The notes under the pieces were generated by a model that was given only the letters and a program-made list of their open reading frames with translations, did no database searches and was not told where the DNA came from. Positions 1 to 14,000 of a stretch of 64,000 nt of DNA are shown here, one piece after another (position 1 is the stretch's first letter; every line of letters starts with the position of its first letter). A program made the translations under genes and the position numbers. This DNA is from Eledone cirrhosa (taxonomy: Eukaryota). The stretch spans positions 32,736,001 to 32,800,000 of the forward strand of contig OZ024760.1 of the NCBI GenBank assembly GCA_964016885.1, given 5' to 3'.

Positions 1-619
1 TCAAGACAGAAAGCACCCAGTCCACCCTGTACAGTGGTTGTGTAGGTCTCAAGACAGAAAGCACCCAGTCCACCCTGTACAGTGGTTGTGTAGGTCTCAA
101 GACAGAAAGAACCCAGTCCACCCTGTACAGTGGTTGTGTAGGTCTCAAGACAGAAAACACCCAGTCCACACTGTACAGTGGTTGTGTAGGTCTCAAGACA
201 GAAAGCACCCAGTCCACCCTGTAGAGTGGTTGTGTAGGTCTCAAGACAGAAAGAACCCAGTCCACACCGTAAAGTGGTTGTGTAGGTCTCAAGACAGAAA
301 GCACCCAGTCCACACTGTACAGTGGTTGTGTAGGTCTCAAGATAGAAAGCACCCAGTCCACCCTGTACAGTGGTTGTGTAGGTCTCAAGACAGAAAGTGC
401 CCAGTCCACCCTGTACAGTGGTTGTGTAGGTCTCAAGACAGAAATCACCCAGTCCACCCTGTACAGTGGTCGTGTAGGTCTCAAGACAGAAAGCACCCAG
501 TCCACCCTGTACAGTGGCTGTGTAGGTCTCAAGACAGAAAGCATGCAGTCCACCATGAACATTGGTTGTGTAGGTCACAAGACAGAAATCACCGAGTCCA
601 CCCTGTACAGTGGTTGTGC

Positions 620-3600
620 AGGTCTCAAGACAGAAAGCACCCGTTCCACACTGTACAGTGGTTGTGTAGGTCTCAAGGCAGAAAGCACCCAGTACTCACT
701 GTACAGTGCTTGTGTAGGTCTCAAGACAGAAAGCACCCAGTACTCACTGTACAGTGGTTGTGCAGGTCTCAAGTCAGAAATCACCCAGTCCACCCGGTAC
801 AGTGGTTGTGTAGGTCTCAAGTCAGAAAGCACCCAGTCCACCCTGTACAGTGGTTGTGTAGGTCTCAAGTCAGAAAGCACCCAGTCCACCCTGTACAGTG
901 GTTGAGTAGATCTCAAGACAGAAAGCACCCAGTCCACTCTGTACAGTGGTTGTGTAGGTCAAGACAGAAAGCACCCAGTCCACACTGTATAGTGGTTGTG
1001 TAGGTCTCAAGACAGAAAGCACCCAGTCCTCCCTGTACAGTGGTTGTTTAGGTCTCAAGACAGAAAACACCCGGTCCACACTGTACAGTGGTTGTGTAGG
1101 TCTCAAGACAGAAAGCACCCAGTCCACCCTGTACAGTGGTTGTGTAGGTCTCAAGTCAGAAAGCACCTAGTCCAGCCTGTACAGTGGTTGTGTAGGTCTC
1201 AAGTCAGAATTCACCCAGTCCACCCTGTACAGTGGTTGTGTAGGTCTCAAGACAGAAATCACCCAGTCCACCATGTACAGTGATTGTGTAGATCTCAAGA
1301 CAGAAAGCACCCAGTCCACCCTGTACAGTGGTTGTGTAGCTCTCAAGACAGAACGCACCCAGTCCACCCTGTACAGTGGTGGTGTAGGTCTCAAGACAGA
1401 AATCACCCAGGCCACCATGTACAGTGGTTGTGTAGGTCTCAAGACAGAAAGCACCCAGTCCACCCTGTACAGTGGTTGTGTAGGTCTCAAGACCGAAAGC
1501 AATCAGTCCACACTGTACAGTGGTTGTGTAGGTCTCAAGACAGAAAGCACCCAGTCCACCCTGTACAGTGGTTGTGTAGATCTCAAGACAGAAATCACGC
1601 AGTCCACCCTGTACAGTGGTTGTGTAGGTCTCAAGACAGAAAGCACCCAGTCCACCCTGTACAGTGGTTGTGTAGGTGTCAAGACAGAAAGCACCCAGTC
1701 CACAGTGTACAGTGGTTGTGTAGGTCTCTAGACAGAAAGCACCCAGTCCATCCTCTACAGTGGTTGTGTAGGTCTCAAGACAGAAAGCACCCAGTCCACC
1801 CTGTACGGTGGTTGTGTAGGTCTCAAGACAGAAAGCACCCAGTCCACCCTGTACAGTGGTTGTGTAGGTGTCAAGACAGAAAGCACCCAGTCCACACTGT
1901 ACAGTGGTTGTGTAGGTCTCAAGACAGAAATCACCCAGTCCACCCTGTACAGTGGTTGTGTAGGTCTCAAGACAGAAAGCACCCAGTCCACCCTGTACAG
2001 TGGTTGTGTAGGTCTCAAGACAGAAAGAACCCAGTCCACACTGTACAGTGGTTGTGTAGGTCTCAAGGCAGAAATCACCCAGTCCACCCTGTACAGTGGT
2101 TGTGTAGGTCTCAAGACAGAAAGCACCCAGTCCACCCTGTACAGTGGTTGTGTAGGTCTCAAGACAGAAATCACCCAGTCCACACTGTACAGTGGTTGTG
2201 TAGGTCTCAAGACAGAAAGCACCCATTCCACCCTGTACAATGGTTGTGTAGGTCTCAAGACAGAAAGTGCCCAGTCCACCCTGTACAGTGGTTGTGTAGG
2301 TCTCAAGACAGAAAGAACCCAGTCCACACTGTACAGTGGTTGTGTAGGTCTCAAGACAGAAAGCACCCAGTCCACCCTGTACAGTGGTTGTGTAGGTCTC
2401 AAGACAGAAAGTGCCCAGTCCACCCTGTACAGTGGTTGTGTAGGTCTCAAGACAGAAATCACCCAGTCCACACTGAACAGTGGTTGTGTAGGTCTCAAGA
2501 AAGAATGCACCCAGTCCACCCTGTACATTGGTCGTGTTGGTCTCAAGACAGAAAGCACCCAGTCCACCCTGTACAGTGGTTGTGTAGGTCTCGAGACAGA
2601 ATGTGCCCAGTCCACCCTGTACAGTGGTTGTGTAGGTCTCAAGACAGAAATCACCCAGTCCACCCTGTACAGTGGTTGTGTAGGTCTCAAGACAGAAATA
2701 ACCCAGTCCCCCCTGTACAGTGGTTGTGTAGGTCTCAAGACAGAAAGGACCCAGTCCACACTGTAGAGTGGTTGTGTAGGTCTCAAGACAGAAAGCACCC
2801 AGTCCTCCCTGTACAGTGGTTGTGTAGGTCTCAAGACAGAAAGCACCCGGTCCACACTGTACAGTGGTTGTGTAGGTCTCAAGACAGAAAGCACCCAGTC
2901 CACCCTGTACAGTGGTTGTGTAGGTCACTAGTCAGAAAGCACCTAGTCCACCCTGTACAGTGGTTGTGTAGGTCTCAAGTCAGAAAACATCCAGTCCACC
3001 CTGTGCAGTGGTTGTGTAGGTCTCAAGACAGAAAGCACCCAGTCCACCATGTCCAGTGGTTGTGTAGGTCCCAAGACAGAAATAACCCAGTCCACCCTGT
3101 ACAGTGGTTGTGTAGGTGTGAAGACAGAAAGCACCCAGTCCACAGTGTACAGTGGTTGTGTAGGTCTCTAGACAGAAAGCACCCAGTCCATCCTGTACAG
3201 TGGTAGTGTAGGTCTCAAGACAGAAAGCACCCAGTCCACCTTGTACAGTGGTTGTGTAGGTCTCAAGACAGAAAGCCCCCAGTCCACACTGTACAGTGGT
3301 TGTGTAGGTCTCAAGACAGAAAGCACCCAGTCCACCCTGTACAGTGGTTGTGTAGGTCTCAAAACAGAAATTGCCCAGTCCACCCTGTACAGTGGTTGTG
3401 TAGGTCTCAAGACAGAAATCACCCAGTCCACCCTGTAGAGTGGTTGTGTAGGTCTCAAGACAGAAAGCACCCAGTCCACACTGTACAGTGGTTGTGTAGA
3501 TCTCAAGACAGAAAGCACCCAGTCCACCCTGTACAGTGGTTGTGTAGGTCTCAAGACAGAAAATGCCCAATCCACCCTGTACAGTGGTTGTGTAGGTCTC

Positions 3601-6600
3601 AAGACAGAAATCACCCAGTCCACCCTGTACAGTGGTTGTGTAGGTCTCAAGACAGAAAGCACCCAGTCCACCCTGTACAGTGGTTGTGTAGGTCTCAAGA
3701 CAGAAAGCATGCAGTCCACCATGTACATTAGTTGTGTAGCTCTCAAGACAGAAAGCACACAGTCCACTTTGTACAGTGGTTGTGTAGGTCTCAAGACAGA
3801 AAGCACCCAGTCCACCCTGTACAGTGGCTGCGTAGGTCTCAAGACAGAAAGCATGCAGTTCACCATGTACATTGGTTGCGTAGGTCTCAAGACAGAAATC
3901 ACCCAGTCCACCCTGTACAGTGGTTTTGTAGGTCTCAAGACAGAAAGAACCCAGTCCACACTGTACAGTGGTTGTGTAGGTCTCAAGACAGAAAGCACCC
4001 AGTCCACCCTGTACAGTGGTTGTGTAGGTCTCATGACAGAAAGTGCCCAGTCCACCCTGTACAGTGGTTGTGTAGGTCTCAAGAGAGAAATCACCCAGTT
4101 CACCCTGTACAGTGGTTGTGTAGGTCTCAAGACAGAAAGCACCCAGTCCACCCTGTAGAGTGGTTGTGTAGGTCTCAAGACAGAAATCACCCAGTCCACC
4201 ATGTACAGTGGTTGTGTAGGTCTCAAGACAGAAAGCACCCAGTCCACACTGTACAGTGGTTGTGTAGGTCTCAAGACAGAAAGCACCCAGTCCAACCTGT
4301 ACAGTGGTTGTGTAGGTCTCAAGACAGAAAGCACCCAGTCCACACCGTACAGTGGTTGTGTAGGTCTCAAGACAGAAAGCACCCAGTCCACCATGTACAG
4401 TGGTTGTGTAGGTCTCAAGACAGAAATCACCCAGTCCACACTGTACAGTGGTTGTGTAGGTCTCAAGACAGAAAGCACCCAGTCCAACCTGTACAGTGGT
4501 TGTGTAGGTGTCAAGACAGAAATCACCCAGTCCACAGTGTACAGTGGTTGTGTAGGTCTCTAGACAGAAAGCACCCAGTCCATCCTGTACAGTGGTTGTG
4601 TAGGTCTCAAGACAGAAAGTGCCCAATCCACCCTGTTCAGTGTTTGTGTAGGTCTCAAGACAGAAAGCATACAGTCCACCATGTACATTGGTTGTGTAGG
4701 TCTCAAGACAGAAATCACTCAGTCCACCCTGTACAGTGGTTGTGTAGGTCTCAAGAGAGAAAGCATCCAGTTCTCCCTGTACAGTGGTTGTGTAGGTCTC
4801 AAGACAGAAAGCACCCAGTACTCACTGTACAGTGGTTGTGCAGGTCTCAAGTCAGAAATCACCCAGTCCACCCTGTACAGTGGTTGTGTAGGTCTCAAGT
4901 CAGAAATCACCCAGTCCACCCTGTACAGTGGTTGTGCAGGTCTCAAGACAGAAAGCTCCCACTTCTCCCTGTACAGTGGTTGTGTAGGTCTCAAGACAGA
5001 AAGCACCCAGTACTCACTGTACAGTGGTTGTGCATGTCTCAAGTCAGAAATCACCCGGTCCACCCTGTACAGTGGTTGTGTAGGTCTCAAGTCAGAAAGC
5101 ATCCAGTCCACCCTGTACAGTGGTTGTGTAGGTCTCAAGACAGAAAGCACCCAGTCCACCCTGTACAGTGGTTGTGTAGGTCTCAAGACAGAAAGAACCC
5201 AGTCCACACTGTACAGTGGTTGTGCAGGTCTCAAGACAGAAAGCACCCAGTCCACCCTGTACAGTGGTTGTGTAGGTCTCAAAACAGAAAGCACCCGTTC
5301 CACACTGTACAGTGGTTGTGTAGGTCTCAAGACAGAAAGCACCCAGTACTCACTGTACAGTGCTTATGTAGGTCTCAAGACAGAAAGGACCCAGTACTCA
5401 CTGTACAGTGGTTGTGCAGGTCTCAAGTCAGAAATCACCCAGTCCACCCTGTACAGTGGTTGTGTAGGTCTCAAGTCAGAAAGCACCCAGTCCACCCTGT
5501 ACAGTGGTTTTGTAGGTCTCAAGTCAGAAAGCACCCAGCCAACCCTGTACAGTGGTTGAGTAGGTCTCAAGACAGAAAGCACCCAGTCCACTCTGTACAG
5601 TGGTTGTGTAGGTCAAGACAGAAAGCACCCAGTCCACACTGTATAGTGGTTGTGTAGGTCTCAAGACAGAAAGCACCCAGTCCTCCCTGTACAGTGGTTG
5701 TTTAGGTCTCAAGACAGAAAGCACCCAGTCCACCCTGTACAGTGGTTGTGTAGGTCTCAAGTCAGAAAGCACCTAGTCCAGCCTGTACAGTGGTTGTGTA
5801 GGTCTCAAGTCAGAATTCACCCAGTCCACCCTGTACAGTGGTTTTGTAGGTCTCAAGACAGAAATCACCCAGTCCACCATGTACAGTGATTGTGTAGATC
5901 TCAAGACAGAAAGCACCCAGTCCACCCTGTACAGTGGTTGTGTAGCTCTCAAGACAGAACGCACCCAGTCCACCCTGTACAGTGCTGGTGTAGGTCTCAA
6001 GACAGAAATCACCCAGGCCACCATGTACAGTGGTTGTGTAGGTCTCAAGACAGAAAGCACCCAGTCCACCCTGTACAGTGGTTGTGTAGGTGTCAAGACA
6101 GAAAGCACCCAGTCCACCCTGTACGGTGGTTGTGTAGGTCTCAAGACAGAAAGTGCCCAGTCCACCCTGTACAGTGGTTGTGTAGGTCTCAAGACAGAAA
6201 TCACCCAGTCCACCCTGTACAGTGGTTGTGTAGGTCTCAAGACAGAAAGAACCCAGTCCACCCTGTACAGTGGTTGTGTAGGTCTCAAGACAGAAAGCAC
6301 CCAGTCCACCCAGTACAGTGGTTGTGTAGGTCTCAAGACGGAAAGCACCCAGTCCACCCTGTACAGTGGTTGTGTAGGTCTCAAGACAGAAAGCACCCAG
6401 TCCACCCTGTACAGTGGTTGTGTAGGTCTCAAGACAGAAATCACCCAGTCCACCCTGTACAGTGGTTGTGTAGGTCTCAAGACAGAAAGCACCCAGTCCA
6501 CCCTGTACAGTGGTTGTGTAGGTGTCAAGACAGAAAGAACCCAGTCCACACTGTACAGTGGTTGTGTAGGTCTCAAGACAGAAATCACCCAGTCCACCCT

Positions 6601-9600
6601 GTACAGTGGTTGTGTAGGTCTCAAGACAGAAAGCACCCAGTCCACCCTGTACAGTGGTTGTGTAGGTCTCAAGACAGAAAGAACCCAGTCCACACTGTAC
6701 AGTGGTTGTGTAGGTCTCAAGGCAGAAATCACCCAGTCCACCCTGTACAGTGGTTGTGTAGGTCTCAAGACAGAAAGCACCCAGTCCACCCTGTACAGTG
6801 GTTGTGTAGGTCTCAAGACAGAAAGAACCCAGTCCACACTGTACAGTGGTTGTGTAGGTCTCAAGACAGAAAGCACCCATTCCACCCTGTACAATGGTTG
6901 TGTAGGTCTCAAGACAGAAAGTGCCCAGTCCACCCTGTACAGTGGTTGTGTAGGTCTCAAGACAGAAAGAACCCAGTCCACACTGTACAGTGGTTGTGTA
7001 GGTCTCAAGACAGAAAGCACCCAGTCCACCCTGTACAGTGGTTGTGTAGGTCTCAAGACAGAAAGTGCCCAGTCCACCCTGTACAGTGGTTGTGTAGGTC
7101 TCAAGACAGAAATCACCCAGTCCACACTGAACAGTGGTTGTGTAGGTCTCAAGAAAGAATGCACCCAGTCCACCCTGTACATTGGTCGTGTAGGTCTCAA
7201 GACAGAAAGCACCCAGTCCACCCTGTACAGTGGTTGTGTAGGTCTCGAGACAGAACGTGCACAGTCCACCCTGTACAGTGGTTGTGTAGGTCTCAAGACA
7301 GAAATCACCCAGTCCACCCTGTACAGTGGTTGTGTAGGTCTCAAGACAGAAAGAACCCAGTCCACCCTGTACAGTGGTTGTGTAGGTCTCAAGACAGAAA
7401 GGACCCAGTCCACACTGTACAGTGGTTGTGTAGGTCTCAGGACAGAAAGCACCCAGTCCTCCCTGTACAGTGGTTGTGTAGGTCTCAAGACAGAAAGCAC
7501 CCGGTCCACACTGTACAGTGGTTGTGTAGGTCTCAAGACAGAAAGCACCCAGTCCACCCTGTACAGTGGTTTTGTAGGTCACTAGTCAGAAAGCACCTAG
7601 TCCACCCTGTACAGTGGTTGTGTAGGTCTCAAGTCAGAAAGCATCCAGTCCACCCTGTGCAGTGGTTGTGTAGGTCTCAAGACAGAAAGCACCCAGTCCA
7701 CCATGTCCAGTGGTTGTGTAGGTCCCAAGACAGAAATAACCCAGTCCACCCTGTACAGTGGTTGTGTAGGTGTGAAGACAGAAAGCACCCAGTCCACAGT
7801 GTACAGTGGTTGTGTAGGTCTCTAGACAGAAAGCACCCAGTCCATCCTGTACAGTGGTAGTGTAGGTCTCAAGACAGAAAGCACCCAGTCCACCTTGTAC
7901 AGTGGTTGTGTAGGTCTCAAGACAGAAAGCCCCCAGTCCACACTGTACAGTGGTTGTGTAGGTCTCAAGACAGAAAGCACCCAGTCCACCCTGTACAGTG
8001 GTTGTGTAGGTCTCAAAACAGAAATTGCCCAGTCCACCCTGTACAGTGGTTGTGTAGGTCTCAAGACAGAAATCACCCAGTCCACCCTGTAGAGTGGTTG
8101 TGTAGGTCTCAAGACAGAAAGCACCCAGTCCACACTGTACAGTGGTTGTGTAGATCTCAAGACAGAAAGCACCCAGTCCACCCTGTACAGTGGTTGTGTA
8201 GGTCTCAAGACAGAAAATGCCCAATCCACCCTGTACAGTGGTTGTGTAGGTCTCAAGACAGAAATCACCCAGTCCACCCTGTACAGTGGTTGTGTAGGTC
8301 TCAAGACAGAAAGCACCCAGTCCACCCTGTACAGTGGTTGTGTAGGTCTCAAGACAGAAAGCATGCAGTCCACCATGTACATTAGTTGTGTAGCTCTCAA
8401 GACAGAAAGCACCCAGTCCACTTTGTACAGTGGTTGTGTAGGTCTCAAGACAGAAAGCACCCAGTCCACCCTGTACAGTGGCTGCGTAGGTCTCAAGACA
8501 GAAAGCATGCAGTTCACCATGTACATTGGTTGCGTAGGTCTCAAGACAGAAATCACCCAGTCCACCCTGTACAGTGGTTTTGTAGGTCTCAAGACAGAAA
8601 GAACCCAGTCCACACTGTACAGTGGTTGTGTAGGTCTCAAGACAGAAAGCACCCAGTCCACCCTGTACAGTGGTTGTGTAGGTCTCATGACAGAAAGTGC
8701 CCAGTCCACCCTGTACAGTGGTTGTGTAGGTCTCAAGACAGAAATCACCCAGTTCACCCTGTACAGTGGTTGTGTAGGTCTCAAGACAGAAAGCACCTAG
8801 TCCACCCTGTAGAGTGGTTGTGTAGGTCTCAAGACAGAAATCACCCAGTCCACCATGTACAGTGGTTGTGTAGGTCTCAAGACAGAAAGCACCCAGTCCA
8901 CACTGTACAGTGGTTGTGTAGGTCTCAAGACAGAAAGCACCCAGTCCAACCTGTACAGTGGTTGTGTAGGTCTCAAGACAGAAAGCACCCAGTCCACACC
9001 GTACAGTGGTTGTGTAGGTCTCAAGACAGAAAGCACCCAGTCCACCATGTACAGTGGTTGTGTAGGTCTCAAGACAGAAAGCACCCAGTCCACACTGTAC
9101 AGTGGTTGTGTAGGTCTCAAGACAGAAAGCACCCAGTCCAACCTGTACAGTGGTTGTGTAGGTGTCAAGACAGAAATCACCCAGTCCACAGTGTACAGTG
9201 GTTGTGTAGGTCTCTAGACAGAAAGCACCCAGTCCATCCTGTACAGTGGTTGTGTAGGTCTCAAGACAGAAAGTGCCCAATCCACCCTGTTCAGTGTTTG
9301 TGTAGGTCTCAAGACAGAAAGCATACAGTCCACCATGTACATTGGTTGTGTAGGTCTCAAGACAGAAATCACTCAGTCCACCCTGTACAGTGGTTGTGTA
9401 GGTCTCAAGAGAGAAAGCACCCAGTTCTCCCTGTACAGTGGTTGTGTAGGTCTCAAGACAGAAAGCACCCAGTACTCACTGTACAGTGGTTGTGCAGGTC
9501 TCAAGTCAGAAATCACCCAGTCCACCCTGTACAGTGGTTGTGTAGGTCTCAAGTCAGAAATCACCCAGTCCACCCTGTACAGTGGTTGTGCAGGTCTCAA

Positions 9601-9850
9601 GACAGAAAGCACCCACTTCTCCCTGTACAGTGGTTGTGTAGGTCTCAAGACAGAAAGCACCCAGTACTCACTGTACAGTGGTTGTGCATGTCTCAAGTCA
9701 GAAATCACCCGGTCCACCCTGTACAGTGGTTGTGTAGGTCTCAAGTCAGAAAGCATCCAGTCCACCCTGTACAGTGGTTGTGTAGGTCTCAAGACAGAAA
9801 GCACCCAGTCCACCCTGTACAGTGGTTGTGTAGGTCTCAAGACAGAAAGA
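620..9850 (+). repeat. Higher-order tandem duplication, period 4654 bp (97 monomers minus 2 bp)
   Basis: A shared 2-bp deletion (GGTCAAG) occurs at about 960 and 5614, and the CCGTTCC marker at about 641 and 5295. ORF-track pairs 2943/7597, 2980/7634, 3732/8386 and 4681/9335 are all offset by 4654. Boundaries are approximate. Confidence 0.9.
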
Positions 9851-11040
9851 ACCCAGTCCACCCTGTACAGTGGTTGTGTACGTCTCAAGCCAGAAAGTGC
9901 CCAATCCACCCTGTACAGTGGTTGTGTAGGTCTCAAGACGGAAATCACCCAGTCCAACCTGTACAGTGGTTGTGTAGGTCTCAAGACAGAAAGCCCCCAG
10001 TCCACCCTGTACAGTGGTTGTGTAGGTCTCAAGACAGAAAGAACCCAGTCCACCCTGTACCGTGGTTGTGTAGATCTCAAGTCAGAAATCACCCAGTCCA
10101 CTTTGTACAGTGGTTGTGTAGGTCTCAAGACAGAAAGCACCCGGTCCACCCTGTACAGTGGCTGTGTAGGTCTCAAGACAGAAAGCATGCAGTCCACCAT
10201 GTACATTGGTTGTGTAGGTCTCAAGACAGAAAGAACCCAGTCCACACTGAACAGTGGTTGTGTAGGTCTCAAGACAGAAAGCACCCAGTACTCACTGTAC
10301 AGTGGTTGTGCATGTCTCAAGTCAGAAATCACCCAGTCCACCCTGTACAGTGGTTGTGTAGGTCTCAAGTCAGAAAGCACCCAGTCCACCCTGTACAGTG
10401 GTTGTGTAGGTCTCAAGACAGAAAGCACCCAGTCCACCCTGTACAGTGGTTGTGTAGGTCTCAAGACAGAAAGAACCCAGTCCACCCTGTAGAGTGGTTG
10501 TGTAGGTCTCAAGACAGAAAGCACCCAGTCCACCCTGTACAGTGGTTGTGTAGGTCTCAAGACAGAAATCACCCAGTCCACCATGTACAGTGGTTGTGTA
10601 GGTCTCAAGACAGAAAGCACCCAGTCCACCCTGTACAGTGGTTGTGTAGGTCTCAAGACAGAAAGTGCCCAGTCCACCCTGTACAGTGGTTGTGTAGGTC
10701 TCAAGACAGAAAGCACCCAGTCCACCCTGTACAGTGGTTGTGTAGGTCTCAAGACAGAAAGTGCCCAGTCCACCCTGTACAGTGGTTGTGTAGGTCTCAA
10801 GACAGAAAGCACCCAGTCCACCCTGTACAGTGGTTGTGTAGGTCTCAAGACAGAAATCACCCAGTCCACCATGTACAGTGGTTGTGTAGGTCTCAAGACA
10901 GAAAGCACCCAGTCCACACTGTACAGTGGTTGTGTAGGTCTCAAGACAGAAAGCACCCAGTCCAACCTGTACAGTGGTTGTGTAGGTCTCAAGACAGAAA
11001 GTGCCCAGTCCACCCTGTACAGTGGTTGTGTAGGTCTCAA

Positions 11041-14000
11041 GACAGAAATCACCCAGTCCACCATGTGCAGTGGTTGTGTAGGTCTCAAGACAGAAAGCAC
11101 CCAGTCCACCCTGTACAGTGGTTGTGTAGGTCTCAAGACAGAAATCACCCAGTCCACCATGTACAGTGGTTGTGTAGGTCTCAAGACAGAAAGCACCCAG
11201 TCCACACTGTACAGTGGTTGTGTAGGTCTCAAGACAGAAAGCACCCAGTCCAACCTGTACAGTGGTTGTGTAGGTCTCAAGACAGAAAGCACCCAGTCCA
11301 CACTGTACAGTGGTTGTGTAGGTCTCAAGACAGAAAGCACCCAGTCCACACTGTACAGTGGTTGTGTAGGTCTCAAGACAGAAAGCACCCAGTCCAACCT
11401 GTACAGTGGTTGTGTAGGTCTCAAGACAGAAAGCACCCAGTCCACCCTGTACAGTGGTTGTGTAGGTCTCAAGACAGAAAGCACCCAGTCCACCCTGTAC
11501 AGTGGTTGTGTAGGTCTCAAGACAGAAAGCACCCAGTCCAACCTGTACAGTGGTTGTGTAGGTCTCAAGACAGAAAGCACCCAGTCCACCCTGTACAGTG
11601 GTTGTGTAGGTCTCAAGACAGAAAGCACACAGTCCACCCTGTACAGTGGTTGTGTAGGTCTCAAGACAGAAAGCACCCAGTCCAACCTGTACAGTGGTTG
11701 TGTAGGTCTCAAGACAGAAAGCACCCAGTCCAACCTGTACAGTGGTTGTGTAGGTCTCAAGACAGAAAGCACCCAGTCCACACTGTACAGTGGTTGTGTA
11801 GGTCTCAAGACAGAAAGCACCCAGTCCAACCTGTACAGTGGTTGTGTAGGTCTCAAGACAGAAAGCACCCAGTCCAACCTGTACAGTGGTTGTGTAGGTC
11901 TCAAGACAGAAAGCACCCAGTCCACCCTGTACAGTGGTTGTGTAGGTCTCAAGACAGAAAGCACCCAGTCCACCCTGTACAGTGGTTGTGTAGGTCTCAA
12001 GACAGAAATCACCCAGTCCACCATGTACAGTGGTTGTGTAGGTCTCAAGACAGAAAGCACCCAGTCCACCCTGTACAGTGGTTGTGTAGGTCTCAAGACA
12101 GAAAGCATGCAGTTCACCATGTACATTGGTTGCGTAGGTCTCAAGACAGAAATCACCCAGTCCACCCTGTACAGTGGTTTTGTAGGTCTCAAGACAGAAA
12201 GTGCCCAATCCACCCTGTTCAGTGTTTGTGTAGGTCTCAAGACAGAAAGAACCCAGTCCTCCCTGTACAGTGGTTGTGTAGGTCTCAAGACAGAAATCAC
12301 CCAGTCCACCCTGTACAGTGGTTGTGTAGGTCTCAAGACAGAAAGCACCCAGTCCACCCTGTACAGTGGTTGCGTAGGCCTCAAGACAGAAAGCACCCAG
12401 TCCACACTGTACAGTGGTTGTGTAGGTCTCAAGACAGAAAGCACCCAGTCCACCCTGTACAGTGGTTGTGTAGGCCTCAAGACAGAAAGTGCCCAGTCCA
12501 CCATGTACAGTGGTTGTGTAGGTCTCAAGACAGAAAGCACCCAGTCCACACTGTACAGTGGTTGTGTAGGTCTCAAGACAGAAAGCACCCAGTCCAACCT
12601 GTACAGTGGTTGTGTAGGTGTCAAGACAGAAATCACCCAGTCCACTGTGTACAGTGGTTGTGTAGGTCTCTAGACAGAAAGCACCCAGTCCATCCTGTAC
12701 AGTGGTTCTGTAGGTCTCAAGACAGAAAGTGCCCAATCCACCCTGTTCAGTGTTTGTGTAGGTCTCAAGACAGAAAGCATACAGTCCACCATGTACATTG
12801 GTTGTGTAGGTCTCAAGACAGAAATCACCCAGTTCACCCTGTACAGTGGTTGTGTAGGTCTCAAGACAGAAATCACCTAGTCCACCCTGTACAGTGGTTG
12901 TGTAGGTCTCAAGACAGAAAGCACCCAGTCCACCCTGTACAGTGGTTGTGTAGCTCTCAAGACAGAAAGCATGCAGTCCACCATGTACATTAGTTGTGTA
13001 GCTCTCAAGACAGAAAGCACCCAGTCCACTTTGTACAGTGGTTGTGTAGGTCTCAAGACAGAAAGTGCCCAGTCCACCCTTTACAGTGGTTGTGTAGGTC
13101 TCAAGACAGAAAGCACCCAGTCCACCCTGTACAGTGGTTGTGTAGGTCTCATGACAGAAAGTGCCCAGTCCACCCTGTACAGTGGTTGTGTAGGTCTCAA
13201 GACAGAAATCACCCAGTTCACCCTGTACAGTGGTTGTGTAGGTCTCAAGACAGAAAGCACCCAGTCCACCCTGTACAGTGGTTGTGTAGGTCTCAAGACA
13301 GAAATCACCCAGTCCACCATGTACAGTGGTTGTGTAGGTCTCAAGACAGAAAGCACCCAGTCCACACTGTACAGTGGTTGTGTAGGTCTCAAGACAGAAA
13401 GCACCCAGTCCAACCTGTACAGTGGTTGTGTAGGTCTCAAGACAGAAAGCACCCAGTCCACACCGTACAGTGGTTGTGTAGGTCTCAAGACAGAAAGCAC
13501 CCAGTCCACCATGTACAGTGGTTGTGTAGGTCTCAAGACAGAAAGCACCCAGTCCACACTGTACAGTGGTTGTGTAGGTCTCAAGACAGAAAGCACCCAG
13601 TCCAACCTGTACAGTGGTTGTGTAGGTGTCAAGACAGAAATCACCCAGTCCACTGTGTACAGTGGTTGTGTAGGTCTCAAGACAGAAAGCACCCAGTCCA
13701 TCCTGTACAGTGGTTCTGTAGGTCTCAAGACAGAAAGTGCCCAATCCACCCTGTTCAGTGTTTGTGTAGGTCTCAAGACAGAAAGCATACAGTCCACCAT
13801 GTACATTGGTTGTGCAGGTCTCAAGACAGAAATCACTCAGTCCACCCTGTACAGTGGTTGTGTAGGTCTCAAGAGAGAAAGCACCCAGTTCTCCCTGTAC
13901 AGTGGTTGTGTAGGTCTCAAGACAGAAAGCACCCAGTACTCACTGTACAGTGGTTGTGCAGGTCTCAAGTCAGAAATCACCCAGTCCACACTGTACAGTG

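Noticed and set aside
43-52. Synthetic construct (BsaI GGTCTC and BsrGI TGTACA sites in every unit)
   Set aside because: The hierarchical, phylogenetically structured variation and divergence gradient indicate natural evolution. Six-base sites in a 48-mer arise by chance.
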